DNA from: Escherichia coli
GTDB lineage: Bacteria; Pseudomonadota; Gammaproteobacteria; Enterobacterales; Enterobacteriaceae
Length of the DNA: 64,000 nt
Direction: 5' to 3' (one strand)
NCBI RefSeq assembly: GCF_001677475.2
Contig: NZ_CP015229.1
This document shows, piece by piece, positions 47,057 through 56,210 of this stretch. Position 1 is the first letter of the stretch. Each line of letters begins with the position of its first letter. A program made the position numbers and the translations under genes. The notes under the pieces are model-generated. The model saw only the letters and a program-made list of their open reading frames with translations, did no database searches and was not told the origin of the DNA.

Positions 47057-48652
47057 ATGAAACCTGTAAAACCACCTCGTATTAATGGACGAGTGCCGGT
47101 CCTGTCGGCACAGGAAGCGGTGAATTATATTCCCGACGAAGCAACACTTTGTGTGTTAGGCGCTGGCGGCGGTATTCTGGAAGCCACCACGTTAATTACT
47201 GCTCTTGCTGATAAATATAAACAGACTCAAACGCCACGTAATTTATCGATTATTAGTCCAACAGGGCTTGGCGATCGCGCCGACCGTGGTATTAGTCCTC
47301 TGGCGCAAGAAGGTCTGGTGAAATGGGCATTATGTGGTCACTGGGGACAATCGCCGCGTATTTCTGAACTCGCAGAACAAAATAAAATTATTGCTTATAA
47401 CTACCCACAAGGTGTACTTACACAAACCTTACGCGCCGCCGCAGCCCACCAGCCTGGTATTATTAGTGATATTGGCATCGGGACATTTGTCGATCCACGC
47501 CAGCAAGGCGGCAAACTGAATGAAGTCACTAAAGAAGAGCTGATTAAACTGGTCGAGTTTGATAACAAAGAATATCTCTATTACAAAGCGATTGCGCCAG
47601 ATATCGCCTTCATTCGCGCTACCACCTGCGACAGTGAAGGCTACGCCACTTTTGAAGATGAGGTGATGTATCTCGACGCATTGGTTATTGCCCAGGCGGT
47701 GCACAATAACGGCGGTATTGTGATGATGCAGGTGCAGAAAATGGTTAAGAAAGCCACGCTGCATCCTAAATCTGTCCGTATTCCGGGTTATCTGGTGGAT
47801 ATTGTGGTGGTCGATCCGGATCAAAGCCAACTGTATGGCGGTGCGCCGGTTAACCGCTTTATTTCTGGTGACTTCACCCTTGATGACAGCACCAAACTTA
47901 GCCTGCCCCTAAACCAACGTAAATTAGTTGCGCGGCGTGCATTATTCGAAATGCGTAAAGGCGCGGTGGGGAATGTCGGCGTCGGTATTGCTGACGGCAT
48001 TGGCCTGGTCGCCCGGGAAGAAGGTTGTGCTGATGACTTTATTCTGACGGTAGAAACAGGTCCGATTGGCGGAATTACTTCACAGGGTATCGCCTTTGGC
48101 GCGAACGTGAATACCCGCGCCATTCTGGATATGACGTCCCAGTTTGATTTTTATCACGGTGGTGGTCTGGATGTTTGTTATTTGAGTTTTGCTGAAGTCG
48201 ACCAACACGGTAACGTCGGCGTGCATAAATTCAATGGAAAAATCATGGGTACCGGTGGATTTATTGATATCAGTGCCACCTCGAAGAAAATTATTTTCTG
48301 CGGCACGTTAACTGCGGGCAGTTTAAAAACAGAAATTGCCGATGGCAAATTGCATATCGTCCAGGAAGGACGGGTAAATAAATTTATTCGGGAACTACCG
48401 GAAATTACTTTTAGCGGAAAAATCGCTCTCGAGCGAGGGCTAGATGTTCGTTATATCACTGAGCGCGCAGTATTCACGCTGAAAGAAGACGGACTGCATT
48501 TAATCGAAATCGCTCCAGGCGTCGATTTACAAAAAGATATTCTCGACAAAATGGATTTCACCCCAGTGATTTCGCCAGAACTCAAACTGATGGACGAAAG
48601 ATTATTTATCGATGCGGCGATGGGTTTTGTCCTGCCTGAAGCGGCTCATTAA
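47057..48652 (+). CDS. ydiF: Acyl-CoA:acetate CoA-transferase (fused alpha/beta subunits) YdiF
   Basis: 531 aa family-I CoA-transferase. Confidence 0.93.
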   Translation: MKPVKPPRINGRVPVLSAQEAVNYIPDEATLCVLGAGGGILEATTLITALADKYKQTQTPRNLSIISPTGLGDRADRGISPLAQEGLVKWALCGHWGQSPRISELAEQNKIIAYNYPQGVLTQTLRAAAAHQPGIISDIGIGTFVDPRQQGGKLNEVTKEELIKLVEFDNKEYLYYKAIAPDIAFIRATTCDSEGYATFEDEVMYLDALVIAQAVHNNGGIVMMQVQKMVKKATLHPKSVRIPGYLVDIVVVDPDQSQLYGGAPVNRFISGDFTLDDSTKLSLPLNQRKLVARRALFEMRKGAVGNVGVGIADGIGLVAREEGCADDFILTVETGPIGGITSQGIAFGANVNTRAILDMTSQFDFYHGGGLDVCYLSFAEVDQHGNVGVHKFNGKIMGTGGFIDISATSKKIIFCGTLTAGSLKTEIADGKLHIVQEGRVNKFIRELPEITFSGKIALERGLDVRYITERAVFTLKEDGLHLIEIAPGVDLQKDILDKMDFTPVISPELKLMDERLFIDAAMGFVLPEAAH

Positions 48653-48665
48653 CAGGAGTATAATG

Positions 48666-49817
48666 ATGGATTTTTCTTTAACTGAAGAACAAGAACTGCT
48701 GCTGGCCAGTATTCGCGAACTGATTACGACTAACTTTCCGGAAGAGTATTTCCGCACCTGCGATCAAAACGGGACATATCCGCGTGAGTTTATGCGGGCA
48801 CTGGCGGATAACGGTATTTCCATGCTTGGCGTGCCGGAAGAGTTCGGCGGCATCCCTGCGGATTACGTCACCCAGATGCTGGCGCTGATGGAAGTGTCAA
48901 AATGCGGTGCTCCGGCATTTTTGATTACCAATGGTCAATGTATTCACAGTATGCGCCGTTTCGGTTCTGCAGAGCAGCTACGTAAAACGGCAGAAAGCAC
49001 CCTGGAAACCGGCGACCCCGCCTATGCCCTGGCGTTGACGGAACCAGGTGCTGGCTCAGATAACAACAGCGCCACCACCACTTACACGCGTAAAAACGGC
49101 AAGGTTTACATCAACGGACAGAAAACCTTTATTACCGGTGCGAAAGAGTACCCGTATATGCTGGTGCTGGCGCGCGATCCTGAACCGAAAGATCCGAAAA
49201 AGGCCTTCACCCTGTGGTGGGTCGACTCCAGTAAGCCCGGCATTAAGATTAACCCGCTGCATAAAATCGGCTGGCATATGCTCAGCACCTGCGAAGTCTA
49301 TCTCGACAACGTAGAGGTTGAAGAGAGCGACATGGTGGGCGAAGAAGGAATGGGTTTCCTCAATGTGATGTACAACTTTGAGATGGAGCGCCTGATCAAC
49401 GCCGCGCGCAGCACCGGCTTTGCCGAATGCGCATTCGAAGATGCCGCCCGCTATGCCAACCAGCGTATCGCTTTTGGTAAACCTATTGGGCATAACCAGA
49501 TGATCCAGGAAAAACTGGCGCTGATGGCGATTAAGATCGACAACATGCGCAACATGGTGCTGAAAGTGGCATGGCAAGCCGATCAGCATCAGTCACTGCG
49601 CACCAGCGCGGCGCTGGCAAAACTGTACTGCGCACGTACCGCAATGGAAGTTATTGATGATGCGATTCAAATCATGGGCGGTCTGGGCTATACCGATGAG
49701 GCGCGCGTCTCTCGCTTCTGGCGTGATGTCCGTTGTGAACGTATCGGCGGCGGTACAGACGAAATCATGATTTACGTAGCGGGTCGGCAGATCCTGAAAG
49801 ATTATCAGAACAAATAA
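48666..49817 (+). CDS. ydiO: Acyl-CoA dehydrogenase-family protein YdiO
   Basis: 383 aa from MDFSLTEEQ; the track ORF has an 18-codon upstream extension overlapping ydiF. Confidence 0.93.
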   Translation: MDFSLTEEQELLLASIRELITTNFPEEYFRTCDQNGTYPREFMRALADNGISMLGVPEEFGGIPADYVTQMLALMEVSKCGAPAFLITNGQCIHSMRRFGSAEQLRKTAESTLETGDPAYALALTEPGAGSDNNSATTTYTRKNGKVYINGQKTFITGAKEYPYMLVLARDPEPKDPKKAFTLWWVDSSKPGIKINPLHKIGWHMLSTCEVYLDNVEVEESDMVGEEGMGFLNVMYNFEMERLINAARSTGFAECAFEDAARYANQRIAFGKPIGHNQMIQEKLALMAIKIDNMRNMVLKVAWQADQHQSLRTSAALAKLYCARTAMEVIDDAIQIMGGLGYTDEARVSRFWRDVRCERIGGGTDEIMIYVAGRQILKDYQNK

Positions 49818-49859
49818 TCTGCAGGCGGCGCAGCTTCTTAACAAACTGCGCCGCCAGAT

Positions 49860-50771
49860 TTATCCGGCAAGACTTACCGGTTGAGGAAATTCAGATAAGA
49901 TTTCTTGTTCCGCAAAACAGTTTTTAAATTGCCTGCGGTAATCGCTGGGCGAACAGCCGACATGGCGCAAAAACAGTTTGGCAAAGTGATCAACATTTTC
50001 ATAACCCACACGCCAGGAGATCTCTGCCTGTGATAATTCAGTATTAGTGAGTGACCATTTCGCTTCCGTCATACGCCGTTGAATAACATAGTTAATAGGG
50101 GAAATACGATACTCTTTGGTAAATTCATGGCAAATATAACTGACGCTGGCACGAAACTTTTTCGATAACTGCTCTAAAGTGATTTTTTCGCGATAGTTAT
50201 TATTCAGATAGAAAAGAATATCTTTTATCAGAACATCTTTTTTAATATATCCCTGCTCCGAACGATAAGCATTTTTAAAGTTTTCGTAGTAAAGAATTGC
50301 TAACGTATAGGCAAAGGCGTCCCATAACGAAGATGTTTGGCTATTTTTACTTTGCGGCAAAATCACACTTAGCTCATTAAATAAGGTTTTAATGACTTCT
50401 TTTCCCTGCCCTGCGGCAATTACCGGGCAAGAATGCGGTTGCAGTAGCTGATTTTCCTCAGCCCCCTGAAACTGAAAGCCGTACAGCGCACAGGTACACG
50501 TCGTTGCTGGATCGTTAACGTCAGAGGCCACCGCATGCAGCCTGCCACGTTCTATCACCACAATGTCATCGGCGTGCGCGACATATAACGAAGAATCGAT
50601 GGTAAACCTTGCTACCCCTTTCTTGACGTAAATCAACTCGGTTTCATTGTCATGAACGTGATGTCCGGACTCCCATTTTGGATCATCGCTAAATGCAAAA
50701 CGTGAAAGCCGTGGCGTTTTACCGGCGACAAACAGCGTTTCGCTGGCGTTATCAAAACAGCGTTGATACAT
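49860..50771 (-). CDS. ydiP: AraC-family transcriptional regulator YdiP
   Basis: 303 aa with C-terminal AraC helix-turn-helix; divergent from ydiQ. Confidence 0.9.
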   Translation of the reverse strand: MYQRCFDNASETLFVAGKTPRLSRFAFSDDPKWESGHHVHDNETELIYVKKGVARFTIDSSLYVAHADDIVVIERGRLHAVASDVNDPATTCTCALYGFQFQGAEENQLLQPHSCPVIAAGQGKEVIKTLFNELSVILPQSKNSQTSSLWDAFAYTLAILYYENFKNAYRSEQGYIKKDVLIKDILFYLNNNYREKITLEQLSKKFRASVSYICHEFTKEYRISPINYVIQRRMTEAKWSLTNTELSQAEISWRVGYENVDHFAKLFLRHVGCSPSDYRRQFKNCFAEQEILSEFPQPVSLAG

Positions 50772-51086
50772 GACAACCTCCCTATTCCATGAGCAAGCAA
50801 AAACAATATATGCCGGATAAAATACGGCGTGTATTGCGGTTATACAACCGCGTTTAGCGAGAGCTAAACAAGATTATTTACACTGAATGCAAGATTGTAC
50901 GGTCATGGAATAACAACATTGCCGCAAATTGCACTTTTGTTTTAGCGATCGCATTTTTTTTGCAAGATTGTTGGCAAGGAAAACAGCTTGCTCCGTCGAA
51001 AACCCCGCACCGCTATCGCACACTATTTTCAGGCCATATTTACCTTCCATCGGAGATGGTTCCGTATGCGACTCACAGGAGAAATC

Positions 51087-51851
51087 ATGAAAATAATAAC
51101 CTGCTTTAAGCTGGTGCCTGAAGAACAGGACATTGTTGTCACTCCAGAATATACCCTGAATTTCGACAATGCCGACGCCAAAATCAGCCAGTTCGATCTC
51201 AATGCCATTGAAGCTGCAAGCCAGCTTGCATCAGATGACGATGAGATAGCCGCGCTGACCATTGGTGGCTCATTGTTGCAGAACTCGAAAGTGCGAAAAG
51301 ACGTGCTATCCCGCGGGCCGCACAGCCTGTATTTGGTGCAGGATGCGCAACTTGAACATGCACTGCCTCTCGATACCGCAAAGGCGCTGGCGGCAGCAGT
51401 TGAAAAGATCGGCTTCGATTTACTGATCTTTGGTGAAGGTTCCGGCGACCTTTATGCCCAGCAGGTTGGCTTGCTGGTCGGAGAAATTCTGCAACTTCCG
51501 GTGATTAATGCAGTGAGTGCTATTCAGCGTCAGGGCAATACACTGGTGATTGAACGCACGCTTGAAGATGATGTTGAAGTTATTGAACTCTCTGTTCCAG
51601 CCGTGCTCTGCGTCACCTCCGATATTAACGTGCCACGCATTCCTTCGATGAAAGCCATTCTTGGCGCGGGTAAAAAACCGGTAAATCAGTGGCAGGCAAG
51701 TGATATTGGCTGGAGCCAGAGCGCACCACTTGCTGAACTGACCGGCATTCGCGTACCGCCGCAAACAGAACGTAAGCACATCATTCTCGATAACAATTCG
51801 CCGGAGGCCATTGCCGAGCTGGCGGAACATCTGAAGAAAGCCCTGAACTGA
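51087..51851 (+). CDS. ydiQ: Electron transfer flavoprotein beta-subunit-like YdiQ
   Basis: 254 aa from MKIITCFKLVPEEQ, FixA-like. Confidence 0.93.
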   Translation: MKIITCFKLVPEEQDIVVTPEYTLNFDNADAKISQFDLNAIEAASQLASDDDEIAALTIGGSLLQNSKVRKDVLSRGPHSLYLVQDAQLEHALPLDTAKALAAAVEKIGFDLLIFGEGSGDLYAQQVGLLVGEILQLPVINAVSAIQRQGNTLVIERTLEDDVEVIELSVPAVLCVTSDINVPRIPSMKAILGAGKKPVNQWQASDIGWSQSAPLAELTGIRVPPQTERKHIILDNNSPEAIAELAEHLKKALN

Positions 51852-51870
51852 AGCCTACGGAGAAGAAACG

Positions 51871-52809
51871 ATGAGTCAATTAAACAGCGTCTGGGTCTTT
51901 AGCGATAATCCTGAACGTTATGCTGAACTATTTGGCGGCGCGCAGCAATGGGGCCAACAGGTGTATGCCATTGTACAAAATACCGACCAGGCGCAGGCAG
52001 TTATGCCTTATGGGCCAAAATGTATTTATGTTCTTGCGCAAAACGACGCACTGCAACGTACTGAAAATTACGCCGAAAGCATTGCTGCCCTGCTGAAAGA
52101 TAAACCCCCCGCTATGTTGCTGCTGGCCGCGACGAAACGTGGTAAAGCGCTGGCAGCACGGTTAAGTGTGCAACTGAATGCGGCGCTGGTGAACGATGCC
52201 ACGGCAGTGGATATTGTCGATGGTCACATTTGCGCCGAACACCGGATGTATGGCGGGTTAGCGTTCGCTCAGGAAAAGATCAACAGCCCGCTGGCGATCA
52301 TTACCCTTGCACCCGGTGTTCAGGAACCGTGCACCAGTGATACCTCTCATCAGTGCCCGACAGAAACGGTACCTTATGTTGCTCCGCGTCATGAAATTCT
52401 CTGTCGCGAACGCCGTGCGAAAGCCGCAAGCAGCGTGGACCTGAGCAAAGCAAAACGTGTGGTTGGCGTCGGTCGTGGTCTGGCGGCGCAGGATGACCTG
52501 AAAATGGTCCACGAACTGGCGGCGGTGCTGAATGCTGAAGTCGGCTGTTCACGTCCAATTGCCGAAGGCGAGAACTGGATGGAGCGTGAACGTTATATCG
52601 GTGTCTCCGGCGTGTTGCTGAAATCCGATCTCTACCTGACGCTGGGGATCTCCGGGCAGATCCAGCATATGGTTGGCGGCAACGGCGCAAAAGTGATTGT
52701 CGCCATCAATAAAGATAAAAATGCGCCAATCTTCAATTATGCCGACTACGGTCTGGTGGGCGATATCTACAAAGTCGTCCCTGCCCTGATTAGCCAGTTG
52801 AGCCGCTAA
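51871..52809 (+). CDS. ydiR: Electron transfer flavoprotein alpha-subunit-like YdiR
   Basis: 312 aa, FixB-like. Confidence 0.93.
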   Translation: MSQLNSVWVFSDNPERYAELFGGAQQWGQQVYAIVQNTDQAQAVMPYGPKCIYVLAQNDALQRTENYAESIAALLKDKPPAMLLLAATKRGKALAARLSVQLNAALVNDATAVDIVDGHICAEHRMYGGLAFAQEKINSPLAIITLAPGVQEPCTSDTSHQCPTETVPYVAPRHEILCRERRAKAASSVDLSKAKRVVGVGRGLAAQDDLKMVHELAAVLNAEVGCSRPIAEGENWMERERYIGVSGVLLKSDLYLTLGISGQIQHMVGGNGAKVIVAINKDKNAPIFNYADYGLVGDIYKVVPALISQLSR

Positions 52810-52864
52810 TTCCCCTTTCAACCACATCTCCCGCTGTAAACGCAGCGGGAAGGGAGCATAACGG

Positions 52865-54154
52865 ATGTCGGATGACAAATTTGATGCCATTGTGGTCGGT
52901 GCGGGCGTTGCTGGTAGCGTTGCCGCACTGGTCATGGCGCGAGCCGGGCTGGATGTCCTGGTGATAGAACGCGGCGACAGTGCCGGATGTAAAAACATGA
53001 CCGGCGGGCGTCTTTATGCCCACACACTTGAAGCAATCATTCCAGGCTTTGCAGTATCAGCGCCGGTAGAACGCAAGGTCACACGCGAGAAAATCTCCTT
53101 CTTAACCGAAGAAAGCGCCGTTACCCTCGATTTTCACCGCGAGCAACCAGATGTTCCGCAACACGCGTCTTATACCGTATTGCGTAATCGTCTGGACCCG
53201 TGGTTGATGGAACAAGCCGAGCAGGCGGGCGCGCAGTTTATCCCGGGCGTACGCGTCGATGCGCTGGTTCGTGAAGGAAACAAGGTCACTGGCGTCCAGG
53301 CTGGGGATGATATTCTCGAAGCGAATGTGGTGATTCTGGCTGATGGCGTTAACTCGATGCTTGGCCGCTCGCTGGGAATGGTTCCCGCTTCCGATCCGCA
53401 TCATTACGCTGTTGGTGTTAAAGAGGTTATTGGCCTGACACCAGAACAGATCAACGATCGCTTTAATATTACGGGCGAGGAAGGTGCCGCCTGGCTGTTT
53501 GCCGGTTCCCCTTCTGACGGCCTGATGGGTGGCGGATTCCTCTATACCAACAACGATTCCGTATCGTTGGGGCTGGTTTGTGGATTGGGTGATATCGCCC
53601 ATGCGCAAAAAAGCGTGCCGCAAATGCTGGAAGATTTTAAACAACACCCCGCCATTCGCCCGCTGATTAGCGGCGGCAAGTTGCTTGAATATTCCGCGCA
53701 TATGGTGCCAGAAGGCGGTCTGGCAATGGTGCCGCAGCTGGTTAACGATGGCGTGATGATCGTCGGTGACGCCGCAGGCTTCTGCCTGAATTTGGGTTTT
53801 ACGGTCCGCGGCATGGATTTAGCCATTGCATCGGCTCAGGCTGCCGCCACAACGGTGATCGCCGCCAAAGAACGCGCGGATTTCTCCGCCAGCAGTCTTG
53901 CGCAATACAAACGTGAGCTGAAACAAAGCTGCGTCATGCGTGATATGCAGCATTTTCGCAAGATCCCGGCGCTGATGGAAAACCCGCGCCTGTTTAGCCA
54001 ATACCCACGAATGGTAGCCGACATCATGAACGAGATGTTCACCATTGACGGCAAACCAAACCAGCCGGTACGCAAAATGATCATGGGACATGCGAAGAAA
54101 ATTGGGCTGATCAACTTGCTGAAAGATGGCATTAAGGGAGCAACCGCGCTATGA
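52865..54154 (+). CDS. ydiS: ETF-quinone-oxidoreductase-like flavoprotein YdiS
   Basis: 429 aa, FixC-like, with N-terminal FAD motif (VVGAGVAGS). Confidence 0.93.
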   Translation: MSDDKFDAIVVGAGVAGSVAALVMARAGLDVLVIERGDSAGCKNMTGGRLYAHTLEAIIPGFAVSAPVERKVTREKISFLTEESAVTLDFHREQPDVPQHASYTVLRNRLDPWLMEQAEQAGAQFIPGVRVDALVREGNKVTGVQAGDDILEANVVILADGVNSMLGRSLGMVPASDPHHYAVGVKEVIGLTPEQINDRFNITGEEGAAWLFAGSPSDGLMGGGFLYTNNDSVSLGLVCGLGDIAHAQKSVPQMLEDFKQHPAIRPLISGGKLLEYSAHMVPEGGLAMVPQLVNDGVMIVGDAAGFCLNLGFTVRGMDLAIASAQAAATTVIAAKERADFSASSLAQYKRELKQSCVMRDMQHFRKIPALMENPRLFSQYPRMVADIMNEMFTIDGKPNQPVRKMIMGHAKKIGLINLLKDGIKGATAL

Positions 54155-54444
54155 GCCAGAACGCTACGGTTAACGTCGACATCAAATTAGGCGTCAATAA
54201 ATTCCATGTTGATGAGGGCCACCCGCATATCATTTTGGCGGCAAATCCCGATATCAATGAATTCCGTAAATTAATGAAAGCCTGCCCGGCCGGACTTTAT
54301 AAGCAGGATGATGCCGGCAACATTCATTTTGATTCTGCCGGTTGTCTGGAGTGCGGCACCTGTCGGGTGCTGTGCGGTAACACTATTCTCGAACAGTGGC
54401 AATATCCCGCAGGCACCTTCGGTATTGATTTTCGCTACGGCTAA
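54151..54444 (+). CDS. ydiT: Ferredoxin-like protein YdiT
   Basis: 97 aa, FixX-like, with C-x-x-C-x-x-C cluster; 4-bp overlap with ydiS. Confidence 0.93.
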   Translation: MSQNATVNVDIKLGVNKFHVDEGHPHIILAANPDINEFRKLMKACPAGLYKQDDAGNIHFDSAGCLECGTCRVLCGNTILEQWQYPAGTFGIDFRYG

Positions 54445-54446
54445 TC

Positions 54447-56123
54447 ATGCATCCCACAGGCCCGCATCTCGGGCCTGATGTTCTGTTTCAAGAGTCCAAA
54501 ATGAAAGTGACATTAACGTTTAACGAACAACGTCGTGCGGCGTATCGTCAGCAAGGGCTATGGGGCGATGCTTCGCTGGCCGATTACTGGCAGCAGACCG
54601 CTCGTGCGATGCCTGACAAAATTGCCGTGGTCGATAATCATGGAGCATCGTACACCTATAGCGCGCTCGATCACGCCGCGAGCTGTCTGGCAAACTGGAT
54701 GTTAGCGAAGGGGATTGAATCAGGCGATCGCATCGCATTTCAACTGCCAGGCTGGTGTGAATTTACCGTTATCTATCTTGCCTGCCTGAAAACCGGTGCG
54801 GTTTCCGTACCGCTGTTGCCTTCCTGGCGGGAAGCAGAACTGGTATGGGTACTCAATAAGTGTCAGGCAAAAATGTTCTTTGCACCGACGTTGTTTAAAC
54901 AAACGCGTCCGGTAGATTTAATCCTGCCGCTGCAAAATCAGCTTCCACAACTACAACAAATTGTCGGCGTGGACAAACTGGCTCCCGCCACCTCTGCTCT
55001 CTCATTAAGTCAGATTATCGCCGACAATACTCCTCTGACCACGGCGATAACGGTCCACGGCGATGAATTAGCCGCGGTGCTGTTTACCTCCGGAACCGAG
55101 GGTCTGCCAAAGGGCGTGATGCTAACGCATAACAATATTCTCGCCAGTGAGCGGGCTTATTGCGCGCGGCTGAATCTGACCTGGCAGGATGTCTTTATGA
55201 TGCCTGCGCCACTTGGTCACGCAACGGGCTTTCTGCATGGCGTAACAGCACCATTTTTAATTGGTGCTCGCAGCGTGTTGTTAGATATTTTCACTCCTGA
55301 TGCGTGTCTCGCGCTGCTTGAGCAGCAGCGTTGCACCTGTATGCTCGGCGCAACGCCGTTTGTCTATGATCTTTTGAATTTACTGGAGAAACAACCCGCA
55401 GACCTTTCAGCGCTGCGCTTCTTTCTTTGCGGCGGGACCACAATCCCCAAAAAAGTGGCGCGTGAATGCCAGCAGCGCGGCATTAAATTATTAAGTGTTT
55501 ATGGTTCCACAGAAAGTTCGCCGCATGCGGTGGTGAATCTCGATGATCCTTTGTCGCGCTTTATGCACACCGATGGTTACGCTGCCGCAGGTGTAGAGAT
55601 TAAAGTGGTCGATGACGCACGCAAGACCTTACCGCCAGGTTGCGAAGGTGAAGAAGCCTCGCGTGGCCCCAATGTGTTTATGGGGTATTTTGATGAACCT
55701 GAATTAACTGCCCGTGCGCTGGATGAAGAAGGCTGGTATTACAGCGGCGATCTCTGCCGTATGGATGAGGCTGGCTATATAAAAATTACCGGACGCAAAA
55801 AAGATATTATTGTCCGCGGCGGCGAAAATATTAGCAGCCGTGAAGTGGAAGATATTTTATTGCAGCATCCTAAAATTCACGATGCCTGTGTGGTTGCAAT
55901 GCCCGATGAACGTTTAGGTGAACGATCATGCGCTTATGTCGTGCTGAAAGCACCGCATCATTCATTATCGCTGGAAGAGGTGGTGGCTTTTTTTAGCCGT
56001 AAACGGGTCGCAAAATATAAATATCCTGAACTTATCGTGGTAATCGAAAAACTACCGCGCACTGCCTCAGGTAAAATACAAAAGTTTTTGTTAAGAAAAG
56101 ATATTATGCGGCGGTTAACTTAG
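54447..56123 (+). CDS. fadK: Short/medium-chain acyl-CoA synthetase FadK (YdiD); start uncertain (54447 or 54501)
   Basis: AMP-binding signature (LFTSGTEGLPKGV) and C-terminal lysine motif. Confidence 0.9.
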   Translation: MHPTGPHLGPDVLFQESKMKVTLTFNEQRRAAYRQQGLWGDASLADYWQQTARAMPDKIAVVDNHGASYTYSALDHAASCLANWMLAKGIESGDRIAFQLPGWCEFTVIYLACLKTGAVSVPLLPSWREAELVWVLNKCQAKMFFAPTLFKQTRPVDLILPLQNQLPQLQQIVGVDKLAPATSALSLSQIIADNTPLTTAITVHGDELAAVLFTSGTEGLPKGVMLTHNNILASERAYCARLNLTWQDVFMMPAPLGHATGFLHGVTAPFLIGARSVLLDIFTPDACLALLEQQRCTCMLGATPFVYDLLNLLEKQPADLSALRFFLCGGTTIPKKVARECQQRGIKLLSVYGSTESSPHAVVNLDDPLSRFMHTDGYAAAGVEIKVVDDARKTLPPGCEGEEASRGPNVFMGYFDEPELTARALDEEGWYYSGDLCRMDEAGYIKITGRKKDIIVRGGENISSREVEDILLQHPKIHDACVVAMPDERLGERSCAYVVLKAPHHSLSLEEVVAFFSRKRVAKYKYPELIVVIEKLPRTASGKIQKFLLRKDIMRRLT

Positions 56124-56171
56124 GATGTCTGTGAAGAGATTGAATAAGTTTCATCTTCGGGGATCACATAA

Positions 56172-56210
56172 ACCCGGCGACAAAACGCCGCCGGGTATTT
56201 ATTTTATTTC
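56172..56210 (+). terminator. Terminator hairpin after fadK, overlapping the ppsA 3' end
   Basis: ACCCGGCG-acaaaacgc-CGCCGGGT followed by ATTTATTTTATTT. Confidence 0.65.
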
